A DNA stretch of 64,000 bases, from positions 1-64,000 of the IMG/VR virus record IMGVR_UViG_3300031519_000013, one strand, 5' to 3'. The notes under the pieces are model-generated. The model worked only from the letters and a program-made list of their open reading frames with translations, was not told the origin of the DNA and did no database searches. This stretch comes from a virus (taxonomy: Duplodnaviria > Caudoviricetes). Position 1 is the first letter of the stretch, and every line of letters begins with the position of its first letter. The translations under genes and the position numbers were made by a program. This document shows positions 18,423 through 26,511 of this stretch, piece by piece.

Positions 18423-18632
18423 ATGAAAAAATATTTTATAAACTTCATAACGAATCCAGGAACGCTGACCTCCCTCACACTATTGGGGGTGATAGCACTG
18501 ATAGGGGCACTGCATAACCATGCCCACTTCACAATGGATAAGGATGCAGATGCTTATGTGAGACAGTGGTGTAGGTCATCACCAGAAAACAAAAAGACCT
18601 GTATCAGATATGGTACTGACTCAGACTATTGA
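18423..18632 (+). CDS. Hypothetical membrane protein
   Basis: One hydrophobic segment; start moved to ATG 18423. Confidence 0.55.
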   Translation: MKKYFINFITNPGTLTSLTLLGVIALIGALHNHAHFTMDKDADAYVRQWCRSSPENKKTCIRYGTDSDY

Positions 18633-18657
18633 CAAAACTTTACGTTTCCTATATAAT
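18629..18657 (+). promoter_or_regulatory. Sigma70-type promoter of the hli cluster
   Basis: TTGACA-17nt-TATAAT. Confidence 0.8.
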
Positions 18658-18684
18658 GTGTAAAGATTTACAACGGAGTGTAAC

Positions 18685-18903
18685 ATGACTGTAACAACCA
18701 ATGATCGCGGACAACAGAATCTGTTCGCCAAAGAACCCCAGATGTATGTCTCTCAGACTGATGCTGAGCGTTATGGATATGAGACCTATGCAGAAAGGGC
18801 AGAGAAATTGAATGGACGCACTGCTATGCTTGGATTTGTTGCTGCTGTTGTCTCTTATGCTTTCAGTGGTAGTGTATTTTTCTTTGGTGTCTTCGGATTC
18901 TGA
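18685..18903 (+). CDS. hli: High-light-inducible protein
   Basis: AEKLNGRTAMLGF chlorophyll-binding (ExxNxR) motif plus one TM helix. Confidence 0.92.
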   Translation: MTVTTNDRGQQNLFAKEPQMYVSQTDAERYGYETYAERAEKLNGRTAMLGFVAAVVSYAFSGSVFFFGVFGF

Positions 18904-18961
18904 CAATTGAATTACTTCTGCTATAATAATGAAATAGATAGGGAGTATATCAAAAAGTAAT

Positions 18962-19111
18962 ATGCCAAACCCCAATCAACTCTACGAGGACATGCAGAAA
19001 CTGGATGACATGTACGAAGAACTTCTCTGGCATCCAGAAGACGAGCTACAATTCTCTCATGATGGAGAGAAAATTATTATCACTAACAAAACTTTGGAGC
19101 AAAAACAATGA
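18962..19111 (+). CDS. Small hypothetical protein (49 aa)
   Basis: Manual translation MPNPNQLYEDMQKLDDMYEELLWHPEDELQF...; ATGA-coupled to the next hli. Confidence 0.6.
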   Translation: MPNPNQLYEDMQKLDDMYEELLWHPEDELQFSHDGEKIIITNKTLEQKQ

Positions 19112-19215
19112 ACGAAAACGCAGAACGCATTAACGGTTGGGCAGCAATGCTTGGAGTCATTGCCGCAATGGGATCATATGCAGTCACAGGACAGATCATC
19201 CCAGGAGTATGGTAA
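19108..19215 (+). CDS. hli: High-light-inducible protein (35 aa)
   Basis: MNENAERINGWAAMLGVIAAMGSYAVTGQIIPGVW; ExxNG motif and TGQIIPG tail. Confidence 0.92.
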   Translation: MNENAERINGWAAMLGVIAAMGSYAVTGQIIPGVW

Positions 19216-19341
19216 ATGTTATTGCTATCAGCAACAATGCTTGTGGGGTTTATTCTTTGGAGTCTCTCCCAAGAAGTTGATGATGACAATGACGGACCAG
19301 GTGGTGGACTGATGCAACCAGTTTACGCACCGACCCCTTGA
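19216..19341 (+). CDS. Small single-TM protein (41 aa)
   Basis: MLLLSATMLVGFILWSLSQEVDDDNDGPGGGLMQPVYAPTP, directly after the hli stop. Confidence 0.6.
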   Translation: MLLLSATMLVGFILWSLSQEVDDDNDGPGGGLMQPVYAPTP

Positions 19342-19371
19342 CAGGGGTCTTTTTTTCTGTTATTATAAATA
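19332..19371 (+). terminator. Terminator with embedded -35 box (psbA promoter) and late promoter
   Basis: GACCCCT-TGAC-AGGGGTC-T7; TTGACA-17nt-TATTAT; TATAAATA at 19364-19371. Confidence 0.75.
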
Positions 19372-19421
19372 AGTCAGCAAGTTAAGAAACCAACACATTT
19401 CTTAACGCTTCGTAACACCTG

Positions 19422-19525
19422 TTAACCGAGACCTATTGGGTGTATAAAAACGTCTCTCATATCCCCGGCTGAGGGTGCTGGGGAAATAGTAACTCCACCA
19501 TTCCCTGATGGTCTTACTTTTTTTA
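19422..19525 (+). ncRNA. psbA 5' leader RNA, PhotoRC-II-motif-like
   Basis: GAGAC/GTCTC, CCCCGGC/GCTGGGG and CCAT/ATGG pairings directly upstream of psbA; name from established association. Confidence 0.6.
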
Positions 19526-19530
19526 GTACA

Positions 19531-20610
19531 ATGGCTACAACTCTTTCAAGGCAACAATCTACATCAACTTGGGAACAGTTTTGTTCTTGGGTAACCTCAA
19601 CTAACAATCGTTTGTATGTTGGTTGGTTCGGTGTATTGATGATCCCAACACTGCTTGCAGCAACTGTCTGCTTCATTGTTGCATTCATCGCAGCACCTCC
19701 TGTCGATATCGACGGCATCCGTGAACCCGTTGCTGGTTCACTCATGTATGGTAACAACATCATCTCTGGTGCAGTTGTTCCTTCTTCAAACGCAATCGGT
19801 CTTCACTTCTACCCCATTTGGGAAGCAGCATCTTTGGATGAATGGCTTTACAATGGTGGTCCTTTCCAACTAGTAGTCTTCCACTTCCTTATCGGCATCT
19901 ATGCATATATGGGACGTGAGTGGGAACTTTCCTACCGTCTAGGTATGCGTCCATGGATCTGTGTTGCTTACTCTGCACCCGTTGCAGCAGCATCCGCAGT
20001 CTTCTTAGTCTATCCTTTCGGTCAAGGTTCATTCTCAGATGCAATGCCCCTCGGAATCTCAGGAACATTCAACTACATGTTGGTTTTCCAAGCAGAACAT
20101 AATATCCTTATGCACCCGTTTCATATGTTGGGTGTCGCCGGTGTCTTTGGTGGTAGTTTGTTTTCTGCTATGCACGGAAGTCTGGTTACAAGTTCACTCG
20201 TTCGTGAGACGACTGAAACTGAGTCACAGAACTATGGTTACAAGTTCGGACAAGAAGAAGAGACCTACAACATTGTAGCCGCTCACGGTTACTTTGGTCG
20301 CCTGATCTTCCAATATGCTTCATTCAACAACTCCCGCTCCTTGCATTTCTTCCTGGCAGCATGGCCTGTCGTTGGAATCTGGTTCACTGCACTGGGCGTA
20401 AGCACCATGGCATTTAACCTCAATGGTTTCAACTTCAACCAGTCCATCCTCGACGGACAAGGACGTGTCCTTAACACCTGGGCAGACGTGCTCAACAGAG
20501 CAGGTCTCGGAATGGAAGTCATGCACGAAAGAAACGCGCACAACTTCCCGCTTGATCTTGCAGCAGCTGAGTCCACACCTGTGGCCTTGATTGCTCCATC
20601 TGTTGGTTGA
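19531..20610 (+). CDS. psbA: Photosystem II D1 protein
   Basis: Full-length 359 aa with [18 protein letters not shown] and [10 protein letters not shown]; no intron. Confidence 0.99.
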   Translation: MATTLSRQQSTSTWEQFCSWVTSTNNRLYVGWFGVLMIPTLLAATVCFIVAFIAAPPVDIDGIREPVAGSLMYGNNIISGAVVPSSNAIGLHFYPIWEAASLDEWLYNGGPFQLVVFHFLIGIYAYMGREWELSYRLGMRPWICVAYSAPVAAASAVFLVYPFGQGSFSDAMPLGISGTFNYMLVFQAEHNILMHPFHMLGVAGVFGGSLFSAMHGSLVTSSLVRETTETESQNYGYKFGQEEETYNIVAAHGYFGRLIFQYASFNNSRSLHFFLAAWPVVGIWFTALGVSTMAFNLNGFNFNQSILDGQGRVLNTWADVLNRAGLGMEVMHERNAHNFPLDLAAAESTPVALIAPSVG

Positions 20611-20639
20611 TTAATCTGTTATAATCAATAAGAAGTAAT

Positions 20640-20665
20640 GGGGTCTTCAAGACCCCTTTCTTTTT
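20640..20665 (+). terminator. Rho-independent terminator after psbA
   Basis: GGGGTCT-TCA-AGACCCC followed by a T-rich tail. Confidence 0.8.
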
Positions 20666-20694
20666 CTCTCAAATGTTAAGTTTAATTACTTATT

Positions 20695-20901
20695 ATGACT
20701 GGTAAACTTGAATGGTTCGCGCAAACTTCTGATGAACCATATGATAGGCATCAATACAAATTTGTTTATTCTAACGGTCAGAGCACAATTTTCGACAGTT
20801 GGGAACAAGTTCAATCAGAATGGTTTACTACACCAACACTTTTCAGATCAAATATCGAAGTGTTGGATAAAAAACAAAAATCAAATGGAGGTTTTAAATA
20901 G
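20695..20901 (+). CDS. Hypothetical protein between psbA and psbD
   Basis: 68-aa ORF whose stop overlaps the psbD GTG. Confidence 0.65.
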   Translation: MTGKLEWFAQTSDEPYDRHQYKFVYSNGQSTIFDSWEQVQSEWFTTPTLFRSNIEVLDKKQKSNGGFK

Positions 20902-21956
20902 TGACAACATCTACACTAGTACAACAACAAAGGGGGTGGTTCGATGTCCTTGATGACTGGGTTAAGCGTGATCGTTTCGTCTTTGTTGGTTGGTCTGGAT
21001 TACTACTTCTTCCCACTGCTTATTTGGCAATTGGTGGCTGGCTTACTGGTACAACTTTCGCTACGTCGTGGTACACCCACGGACTGGCAAGTTCCTATCT
21101 TGAAGGTGCTAATTTTCTCACAGCGTCTGTGTCAACGCCTGCTGACGCTATGGGTCATTCTCTTCTTCTTCTCTGGGGTCCTGAGGCTCAGGGCGATTTC
21201 GTCCGCTGGATCCAACTTGGGGGACTCTGGAATTTTGTGGCACTCCACGGAGCCTTTGCTCTCATTGGTTTCATGCTTAGGCAATTTGAACTTTCTAGGT
21301 TAATTGGTATCCGTCCTTACAATGCTATTGCGTTTTCTGGTCCTATCGCTGTATTTGTCAGTGTCTTTCTTATCTATCCACTGGGCCAGTCTTCATGGTT
21401 CTTTGCTCCCTCCTTTGGGGTAGCAGCAATCTTCCGATTCCTGCTGTTCTTACAAGGATTCCATAACTGGACCCTCAACCCCTTCCACATGATGGGTGTA
21501 GCAGGTATCCTAGGTGGTGCATTGCTTTCTGCCATTCATGGTGTTACAGTAGAGAATACCTTGTATGAAGATGGTGAACAGTCAAACACATTTAAAGCGT
21601 TCGATTCCACTCAGGAGGAGGAGACCTATTCGATGGTTACTGCGAACCGTTTTTGGTCGCAAATCTTCGGCATTGCGTTTAGCAATAAGCGTTGGTTGCA
21701 TTTCTTTATGTTGTTTGTTCCTGTCATGGGTCTTTGGACATCTTCTATTGGCATCATTGGGCTTGCTTTTAATCTTCGTGCCTATGATTTTGTGAGTCAA
21801 GAACTTAGAGCAGCAGAAGATCCTGAATTTGAGACTTTCTACACGAAAAATATCTTGCTCAACGAGGGATTGAGAGCATGGTTAGCACCAGTTGATCAAC
21901 CACATGAAAACTTCATTTTTCCAGAGGAAGTATTACCTCGTGGAAATGCTCTTTGA
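20901..21956 (+). CDS. psbD: Photosystem II D2 protein
   Basis: [20 protein letters not shown] and EVLPRGNAL; GTG start with GGAGG SD. Confidence 0.99.
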   Translation: MTTSTLVQQQRGWFDVLDDWVKRDRFVFVGWSGLLLLPTAYLAIGGWLTGTTFATSWYTHGLASSYLEGANFLTASVSTPADAMGHSLLLLWGPEAQGDFVRWIQLGGLWNFVALHGAFALIGFMLRQFELSRLIGIRPYNAIAFSGPIAVFVSVFLIYPLGQSSWFFAPSFGVAAIFRFLLFLQGFHNWTLNPFHMMGVAGILGGALLSAIHGVTVENTLYEDGEQSNTFKAFDSTQEEETYSMVTANRFWSQIFGIAFSNKRWLHFFMLFVPVMGLWTSSIGIIGLAFNLRAYDFVSQELRAAEDPEFETFYTKNILLNEGLRAWLAPVDQPHENFIFPEEVLPRGNAL

Positions 21957-21990
21957 TTATTGACTTATAACCCGAACTATGTTAACTGTC

Positions 21991-22028
21991 ACCACTCCCT
22001 TGACGGGGGTGGTTTTTTATTGTATAAT
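21991..22028 (+). terminator. Terminator with embedded -35 box (rimK promoter)
   Basis: ACCACTCCC/GGGGGTGGT stem plus T-run; TTGACG in the loop, 17 nt to TATAAT. Confidence 0.75.
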
Positions 22029-22049
22029 GACTACAAGTAAAACAAACAC

Positions 22050-22940
22050 ATGAAACTCTGGATGCTTGGTAATCGTCTCACCACAGAGATCTATGAAAGA
22101 CAAAGATTTGTTGAAGAAGCAGATAAATATAATATCGATCTTCGTTTGGTTTATGCTGACGAAATTGATTTGATTGTATCCAGAGATGACCGTAAATCTA
22201 TTCGACATTGTAATGATATTGTTTCTCTGCCTGACGGCATACTTGCTCGCACTGGGAGTGGCACTGACTATTTTAATCTCAGTGTTCTCAGACAATTTGA
22301 GAGAATGAATGTCCAAACTCTTCCTAATTCTGCTTCTATTGAAGCATCAAAGGATAAGTTTCATGCCAATCAAATTTTGGCACAAGCAGGACTTCCTATT
22401 CCCAAAACTATGCTGACTAGATTTCCATGTAAATCTGAGTTAGTTGAAAAGGTAGTGGGATTTCCTTGTGTCCTGAAAGTTATAACTGGATCACATGGAG
22501 ATGGTGTTTTTCTTTGTGAAGACGCTAAACATTTTGAAGATTTGTCGGAACTTATTTCTTCTCTTGACTTTAAGAATTCTATGATTGTTCAGGAATATAT
22601 TAAAGAATCAGAAGGAAGAGATCTGAGGGTAATTGTTATTGGTGGTAGAGTTGTTGGTGCTATGCAACGCAAATCTACTGATGGTTCATTTAAAGCCAAT
22701 ATTTCCCGTGGAGGTCAAGGGGAAGCATACGATGTGGATGACGAATTGGAAATGCTTAGTATTCAAGTTGCAAAAGCTCTTGATCTTGATATTGCTGGTG
22801 TTGATTTATTATTTCACATTGACGGATACCGAATCTGTGAAGCAAACTCCTCACCAGGATTTGAAGGATTTGAAAAAGCATTAGATATTAATGTTCCCCA
22901 AAAAGTTTTTGACTATGCTAAACTCAGATGTGGAGGATAA
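22050..22940 (+). CDS. rimK: RimK-family ATP-grasp alpha-L-glutamate ligase
   Basis: DK, KVITGSHGDGV, QEYI, DLRVIVIGG, FKANISRGG, AGVDLL, EANSSPG motifs. Confidence 0.9.
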   Translation: MKLWMLGNRLTTEIYERQRFVEEADKYNIDLRLVYADEIDLIVSRDDRKSIRHCNDIVSLPDGILARTGSGTDYFNLSVLRQFERMNVQTLPNSASIEASKDKFHANQILAQAGLPIPKTMLTRFPCKSELVEKVVGFPCVLKVITGSHGDGVFLCEDAKHFEDLSELISSLDFKNSMIVQEYIKESEGRDLRVIVIGGRVVGAMQRKSTDGSFKANISRGGQGEAYDVDDELEMLSIQVAKALDLDIAGVDLLFHIDGYRICEANSSPGFEGFEKALDINVPQKVFDYAKLRCGG

Positions 22941-23005
22941 ACTAGAAGACCTTTACAAACAGGATAAAAATTGATATACTAAGAGGGTTACCACCCTCTT
23001 TTTTT

Positions 23006-23299
23006 ATGATTGAGTTTCAAAGTGAAGTCCAAGATATCATCGAAACACTAGGATGGGATGAAGGTGATGATATTGTTGTCGAAATTGGCGGCACTGTTGT
23101 CAGTGGCATTCATCAAGGTGAGAACTATAATAAAAAGTGGGCGACACCATTTGGTGTTCGTAAGTACAACAAAGATGCATTTATTGTCATCAGTAACAAC
23201 TCTCGTAGGGATTTGAGTAAGTCTCAACCTATGGATCGTGAACACAAACCACAGCATCCTTACACACCAGTTACCAGACCGGATCACAATACTAAATAA
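23006..23299 (+). CDS. Conserved cyanophage hypothetical protein
   Basis: 97-aa ORF after a promoter-like TATACT. Confidence 0.65.
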   Translation: MIEFQSEVQDIIETLGWDEGDDIVVEIGGTVVSGIHQGENYNKKWATPFGVRKYNKDAFIVISNNSRRDLSKSQPMDREHKPQHPYTPVTRPDHNTK

Positions 23300-23319
23300 A
23301 TTTCAAGTCAACAGAGACT

Positions 23320-23565
23320 ATGACCTTTACGATTTATTCAAAAGATAATTGCCAATACTGCACAAAGATTGAACAGTTGATGCAATTTACAGAGGTTAAA
23401 TATGTTGTCTATAAATTAGACAGAGATTTTACCAAAGAAGCATTTCATGATGAGTATGGTGAGAAAGCCACCTTCCCCCAAGTAACCTATGGTTCCCAAA
23501 CTATTGGTGGGTGTGCCGACACTATTAAGTTTTTGAGAGAACAAAAACAGTTACCAGAGGAATGA
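23320..23565 (+). CDS. nrdC: Glutaredoxin
   Basis: CQYC active site, TFPQV, IGGC motifs. Confidence 0.9.
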   Translation: MTFTIYSKDNCQYCTKIEQLMQFTEVKYVVYKLDRDFTKEAFHDEYGEKATFPQVTYGSQTIGGCADTIKFLREQKQLPEE

Positions 23566-23903
23566 AAGAACTTTGCTACCTTGTAGAAACCGCTATTGAT
23601 TATGCATTCAAAGATAAGTTCGTATTGAACATGTATCTGTATGCAAAATCTGCTCAGTTGACCAAGAAAGACATGACTCAGTTTATTCAAAGTTCTACTG
23701 CTGCTGAACTTAGTGATCTCTGTCTTGAACTTGACGAGTATATCAAAGGTGGTTCAGACAATGAGCACAAACAAATTCGTGAGGGGTATGGACATATTCC
23801 AAAATCACGTGCTCGTAAGATTAGAAACTATCTTTATGGAATTTTAGAGGATGCTTTACGCTATGAAAGAGATAAACGACCTGGCCGTAAGAGAGGATCC
23901 TGA
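23562..23903 (+). CDS. Conserved cyanophage hypothetical protein
   Basis: ATGA-coupled 113-aa ORF. Confidence 0.65.
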   Translation: MKELCYLVETAIDYAFKDKFVLNMYLYAKSAQLTKKDMTQFIQSSTAAELSDLCLELDEYIKGGSDNEHKQIREGYGHIPKSRARKIRNYLYGILEDALRYERDKRPGRKRGS

Positions 23904-24063
23904 TCTACAAATAAATAAGGGCGTGGAGTTGATGCTCCGAAACAAAAATAAGAAGGAGGGATCAAAGATTTTTCAGATAAAATTTGGGAAAATGATATCT
24001 CTATTCCGTAGAGAACTTCATGTGTGCCTAGATTTTTCACTAGATGTAAAAAAGAAGGAGTAG
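23863..24063 (+). CDS. Hypothetical protein
   Basis: ORF filling the operon; start uncertain. Confidence 0.5.
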   Translation: MKEINDLAVREDPDLQINKGVELMLRNKNKKEGSKIFQIKFGKMISLFRRELHVCLDFSLDVKKKE

Positions 24064-24067
24064 AAAC

Positions 24068-24301
24068 ATGGTTGCCACGATCTTGACAATTAGTTCATTA
24101 GTCTCTATAATGTTCTTCTTCGTCGGAGGTATGGTTGGATGGCTAGCAAAAGAGCACGTCATCAAAACAACTCCCTATCATCCAGATACTGTTAATTTGC
24201 ATCCTGAATTCTTTGACGAAAATGGCAATGTACTTCCAGATGAAGTTATTGCAGTGAGATTTGAAAATGCCGACGACTACTATGACAACGAAGACAACTA
24301 A
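24068..24301 (+). CDS. Conserved single-TM hypothetical protein
   Basis: GGAG SD, N-terminal TM helix, HPEFFDENGN motif. Confidence 0.65.
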   Translation: MVATILTISSLVSIMFFFVGGMVGWLAKEHVIKTTPYHPDTVNLHPEFFDENGNVLPDEVIAVRFENADDYYDNEDN

Positions 24302-24776
24302 GAAGAGTTCAGTTCCTTCTCCCAAGTTAACTGATCTCCCACCTAATCCATTCCAAAATGAAATTCTAGATCTTGTTTCTAAGGCAAGAACCCGCGCAAA
24401 AAAAGTTGAGCTTCTGAAACTGCACCGCAATGAAGCTCTTGTGTCTTTGCTGATTTGGAACTTTGATGATACTGTCATCTCTATGCTTCCAGAAGGCACT
24501 GTTCCATACAAGCCTAACGAAGCACCTAAGGGAACAGAACACACCTCTCTGAGGAGCGAGCAGAGGAGTTTCTACAACTTTGTGAGGGGGGGAAACGATA
24601 GACTCTCCAAGACCAGACGAGAACTGATCTTTATTCAGATTCTGGAAGGTCTCCATCCCGAAGAAGCTGATCTATTGATCCTAGTAAAAGACAAGGCTCT
24701 GATCAACCGTTACAATGTTAATCGTGGTCATGTTGAAGAAGCATATCCAGACATCCAATGGGGCGGTCGTTCATGA
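24267..24776 (+). CDS. Conserved T4-like hypothetical protein
   Basis: About 170 aa; RELIFIQILEGLHPEEADLL motif; start uncertain. Confidence 0.65.
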   Translation: MPTTTMTTKTTKKSSVPSPKLTDLPPNPFQNEILDLVSKARTRAKKVELLKLHRNEALVSLLIWNFDDTVISMLPEGTVPYKPNEAPKGTEHTSLRSEQRSFYNFVRGGNDRLSKTRRELIFIQILEGLHPEEADLLILVKDKALINRYNVNRGHVEEAYPDIQWGGRS

Positions 24777-25045
24777 TGGGAATGATTACACTCATCCATC
24801 AAGACTGTGATCCAACACTAGCATCCGATAAGGGTCTTCCTACAAATTCTTTTTTAGTAAAGTATAATGTGGAGGGGACCCTCACTCATGATATTGTGAT
24901 GGCAAACAAAGCAGTCGATATCTTTGATGAGTATTACGATAAGTATAAGAAAGATTTCCTCAGGTTTGATCAGACAGAAGGAAGACTCAGACCTAATTTA
25001 TATGGAGTAAAACCAAAAAAAGAGGAGAAAAAGAAAAGACGATGA
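24773..25045 (+). CDS. Hypothetical protein
   Basis: ATGA-coupled ORF. Confidence 0.6.
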   Translation: MMGMITLIHQDCDPTLASDKGLPTNSFLVKYNVEGTLTHDIVMANKAVDIFDEYYDKYKKDFLRFDQTEGRLRPNLYGVKPKKEEKKKRR

Positions 25046-25323
25046 CTGATGAAGAGCTGAGAGCACAGATTGAACTGTTGATTCGTGATGAAATTCAAGA
25101 GGTCATCAACTCCTATGTTGAAGAACAAAATAAAAGTTCTCCTGAGGGTGAACTTGGTTTCATCACTCCTGACGAACAGAAGGAGATGACAGTGAAGATT
25201 AAGAATGTAGAGATCGATAAACTCATGAAGGAGTATAAGCAGATTAAGAAGGAAGAGAAGTCAAATATATCTGAGATTAAGAAACTGGGTCTCGTAGACA
25301 AATTTGGCAATCCACTTGACTAA
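25042..25323 (+). CDS. Hypothetical protein
   Basis: ATGA-coupled ORF. Confidence 0.6.
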   Translation: MTDEELRAQIELLIRDEIQEVINSYVEEQNKSSPEGELGFITPDEQKEMTVKIKNVEIDKLMKEYKQIKKEEKSNISEIKKLGLVDKFGNPLD

Positions 25324-25350
25324 ATAAGAAATGAGGTCTATAATAGACCT
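25316..25350 (+). promoter_or_regulatory. Sigma70 promoter plus late promoter, with a palindrome over the -10 box
   Basis: TTGACT-17nt-TATAAT; CTAAATA at 25320-25326; AGGTCTA-TAA-TAGACCT. Confidence 0.75.
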
Positions 25351-25352
25351 AT

Positions 25353-25577
25353 CGTTCATCCGAGAGATCGGACGCAAGTAAGTCGCGGAACGGAGTCGTT
25401 CATCCCATGATTGAATTTCTTCTATATTCATCACTCAGTTGTTCTGATGCCGATAGCATTATGCTACGGATAAAGAGAAACGAAAATCTTAGCAATAAAG
25501 TTATGATTGAGTTAGTAGAAACCGTAAAGGAATCTACACCTGAGTGCTATTGGGACGCACACGATTGAAGGAACGGG
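25353..25577 (+). ncRNA. Tandem glutamine-II (Downstream-peptide) riboswitch-like element
   Basis: Two CGTTCA-stem-GACGCA...GGAACGG units, upstream of a YRG-motif peptide. Confidence 0.7.
25407..25568 (+). CDS. 53-aa protein encoded inside the riboswitch loop
   Basis: MIEFLLYSSLSCSDADSIMLRIKRNENLSNKVMIELVETVKESTPECYWDAHD; GGAG at 25392-25395. Confidence 0.65.
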   Translation: MIEFLLYSSLSCSDADSIMLRIKRNENLSNKVMIELVETVKESTPECYWDAHD

Positions 25578-25639
25578 AAAACACGGATCCTGCGAAAGCA
25601 GAGAAGGTTAATTTTCACCCAACTTTCAGGAGTAAATTC

Positions 25640-25783
25640 ATGACTACTATTACTTACAGAGGTCAGCAGTACGATAAAGAGGCGTACAAAGCCAGTGTGT
25701 TGGAGCAAGCAACGCAACAACGCAACCACAATCTAATGTATCGTGGTATTAAGATCGAACGTAAGTTCGCATCTAAGAGCTGA
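25640..25783 (+). CDS. DUF4278-like small protein
   Basis: AGGAG SD; MTTITYRGQQY...LMYRGIK with two YRG motifs. Confidence 0.75.
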   Translation: MTTITYRGQQYDKEAYKASVLEQATQQRNHNLMYRGIKIERKFASKS

Positions 25784-25790
25784 TTGTTAC

Positions 25791-25817
25791 GGGAGGTTTC
25801 ATAACCTCCCTTTTTTT
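25791..25817 (+). terminator. Rho-independent terminator
   Basis: GGGAGGTT/AACCTCCC stem plus T7. Confidence 0.85.
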
Positions 25818-25927
25818 GTAAATTATTACGGAAACTTCATTAAGTTAGCATACGCTGACTAAATATTAATAGAATTGGAGAGTTAATGAACTAAAATCAT
25901 TATTACCGTTCTATATGGAGAATTATT

Positions 25928-26110
25928 ATGCATAATCTATTATCGTACAACCAACTAGCAGGATGGAAACAGTCCGTTGACAAATTATCAAAGACCTTAG
26001 ATAAGACCATGGAAGAATCGGATCTTATCAATGACTACTACGATTGTTTGATTGAATGTGATGAAAATCAATCTAAATGTAAGCGTATTTGTAGGAGCGT
26101 TCTAGCTTAG
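25928..26110 (+). CDS. Small Cys-containing hypothetical protein
   Basis: GGAG SD; YYDCLIEC..C..IC tail. Confidence 0.65.
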   Translation: MHNLLSYNQLAGWKQSVDKLSKTLDKTMEESDLINDYYDCLIECDENQSKCKRICRSVLA

Positions 26111-26136
26111 TCCATAAACAATTAAACCGAAAGGTG

Positions 26137-26172
26137 AGGAGGGTTGCTACCCTCCTTTTTTAATGCTATAAT
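26137..26172 (+). terminator. Terminator with embedded -35-like box
   Basis: AGGAGGG-TTGCTA-CCCTCCT-T5; 17 nt to TATAAT. Confidence 0.7.
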
Positions 26173-26194
26173 ATAATCTACGATCTACTTTTTT

Positions 26195-26359
26195 ATGGAT
26201 AAGGAAACGCTTAAACTGATCGTCAAAAATCTAAAATCTTTGATCAATGTTCTAGAATCAGAGGTGTATTCTGATGCGGAATCATATAAATATCAAGAGG
26301 ACTCTTCCGAGATTGGTGATTATGATGAGGTGTTTTATGAGGGAGATGATAGTGTGTAG
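26195..26359 (+). CDS. Small acidic hypothetical protein (54 aa)
   Basis: Manual translation MDKETLKLIVKNLKSLINVLESEVYSD... Confidence 0.65.
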   Translation: MDKETLKLIVKNLKSLINVLESEVYSDAESYKYQEDSSEIGDYDEVFYEGDDSV

Positions 26360-26364
26360 TTCTA

Positions 26365-26511
26365 ATGAAAGACAAGAAAGCAGCTAAAAAACTGATTAAG
26401 CGGTTTAAAAAGCATCCTGATTGGTATACACAGGAAGAAGTATTGTATGCTAAACTTATTAAAAAAGAATTGAAACATAATGAATGCACGACTGATCACA
26501 GCGACTCCTGA
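26365..26511 (+). CDS. Small basic hypothetical protein (48 aa)
   Basis: Manual translation MKDKKAAKKLIKRFKKHPDWYTQEEVLYAK... Confidence 0.6.
   Translation: MKDKKAAKKLIKRFKKHPDWYTQEEVLYAKLIKKELKHNECTTDHSDS

Noticed and set aside
18659-18672. TGTA-N6-TACA palindrome as an NtcA site (similar one near 25818)
   Set aside because: NtcA needs GTA-N8-TAC; spacing here is N6
19422-21800. Alternative-frame and antisense ORFs over psbA and psbD (e.g. 19422-19763, 20289-20576, 20944-21303)
   Set aside because: Shadows of strongly conserved genes, with no SD, motifs or operon logic
19531-21956. Group I intron or homing endonuclease in psbA/psbD
   Set aside because: Both genes are contiguous and full length, and the intervening ORF has no HNH, GIY-YIG or LAGLIDADG motif
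25928-26110. Second CP12 candidate (Cys-rich small protein)
   Set aside because: Lacks the C-x8-C..YDD C-terminal motif; four Cys in a different spacing
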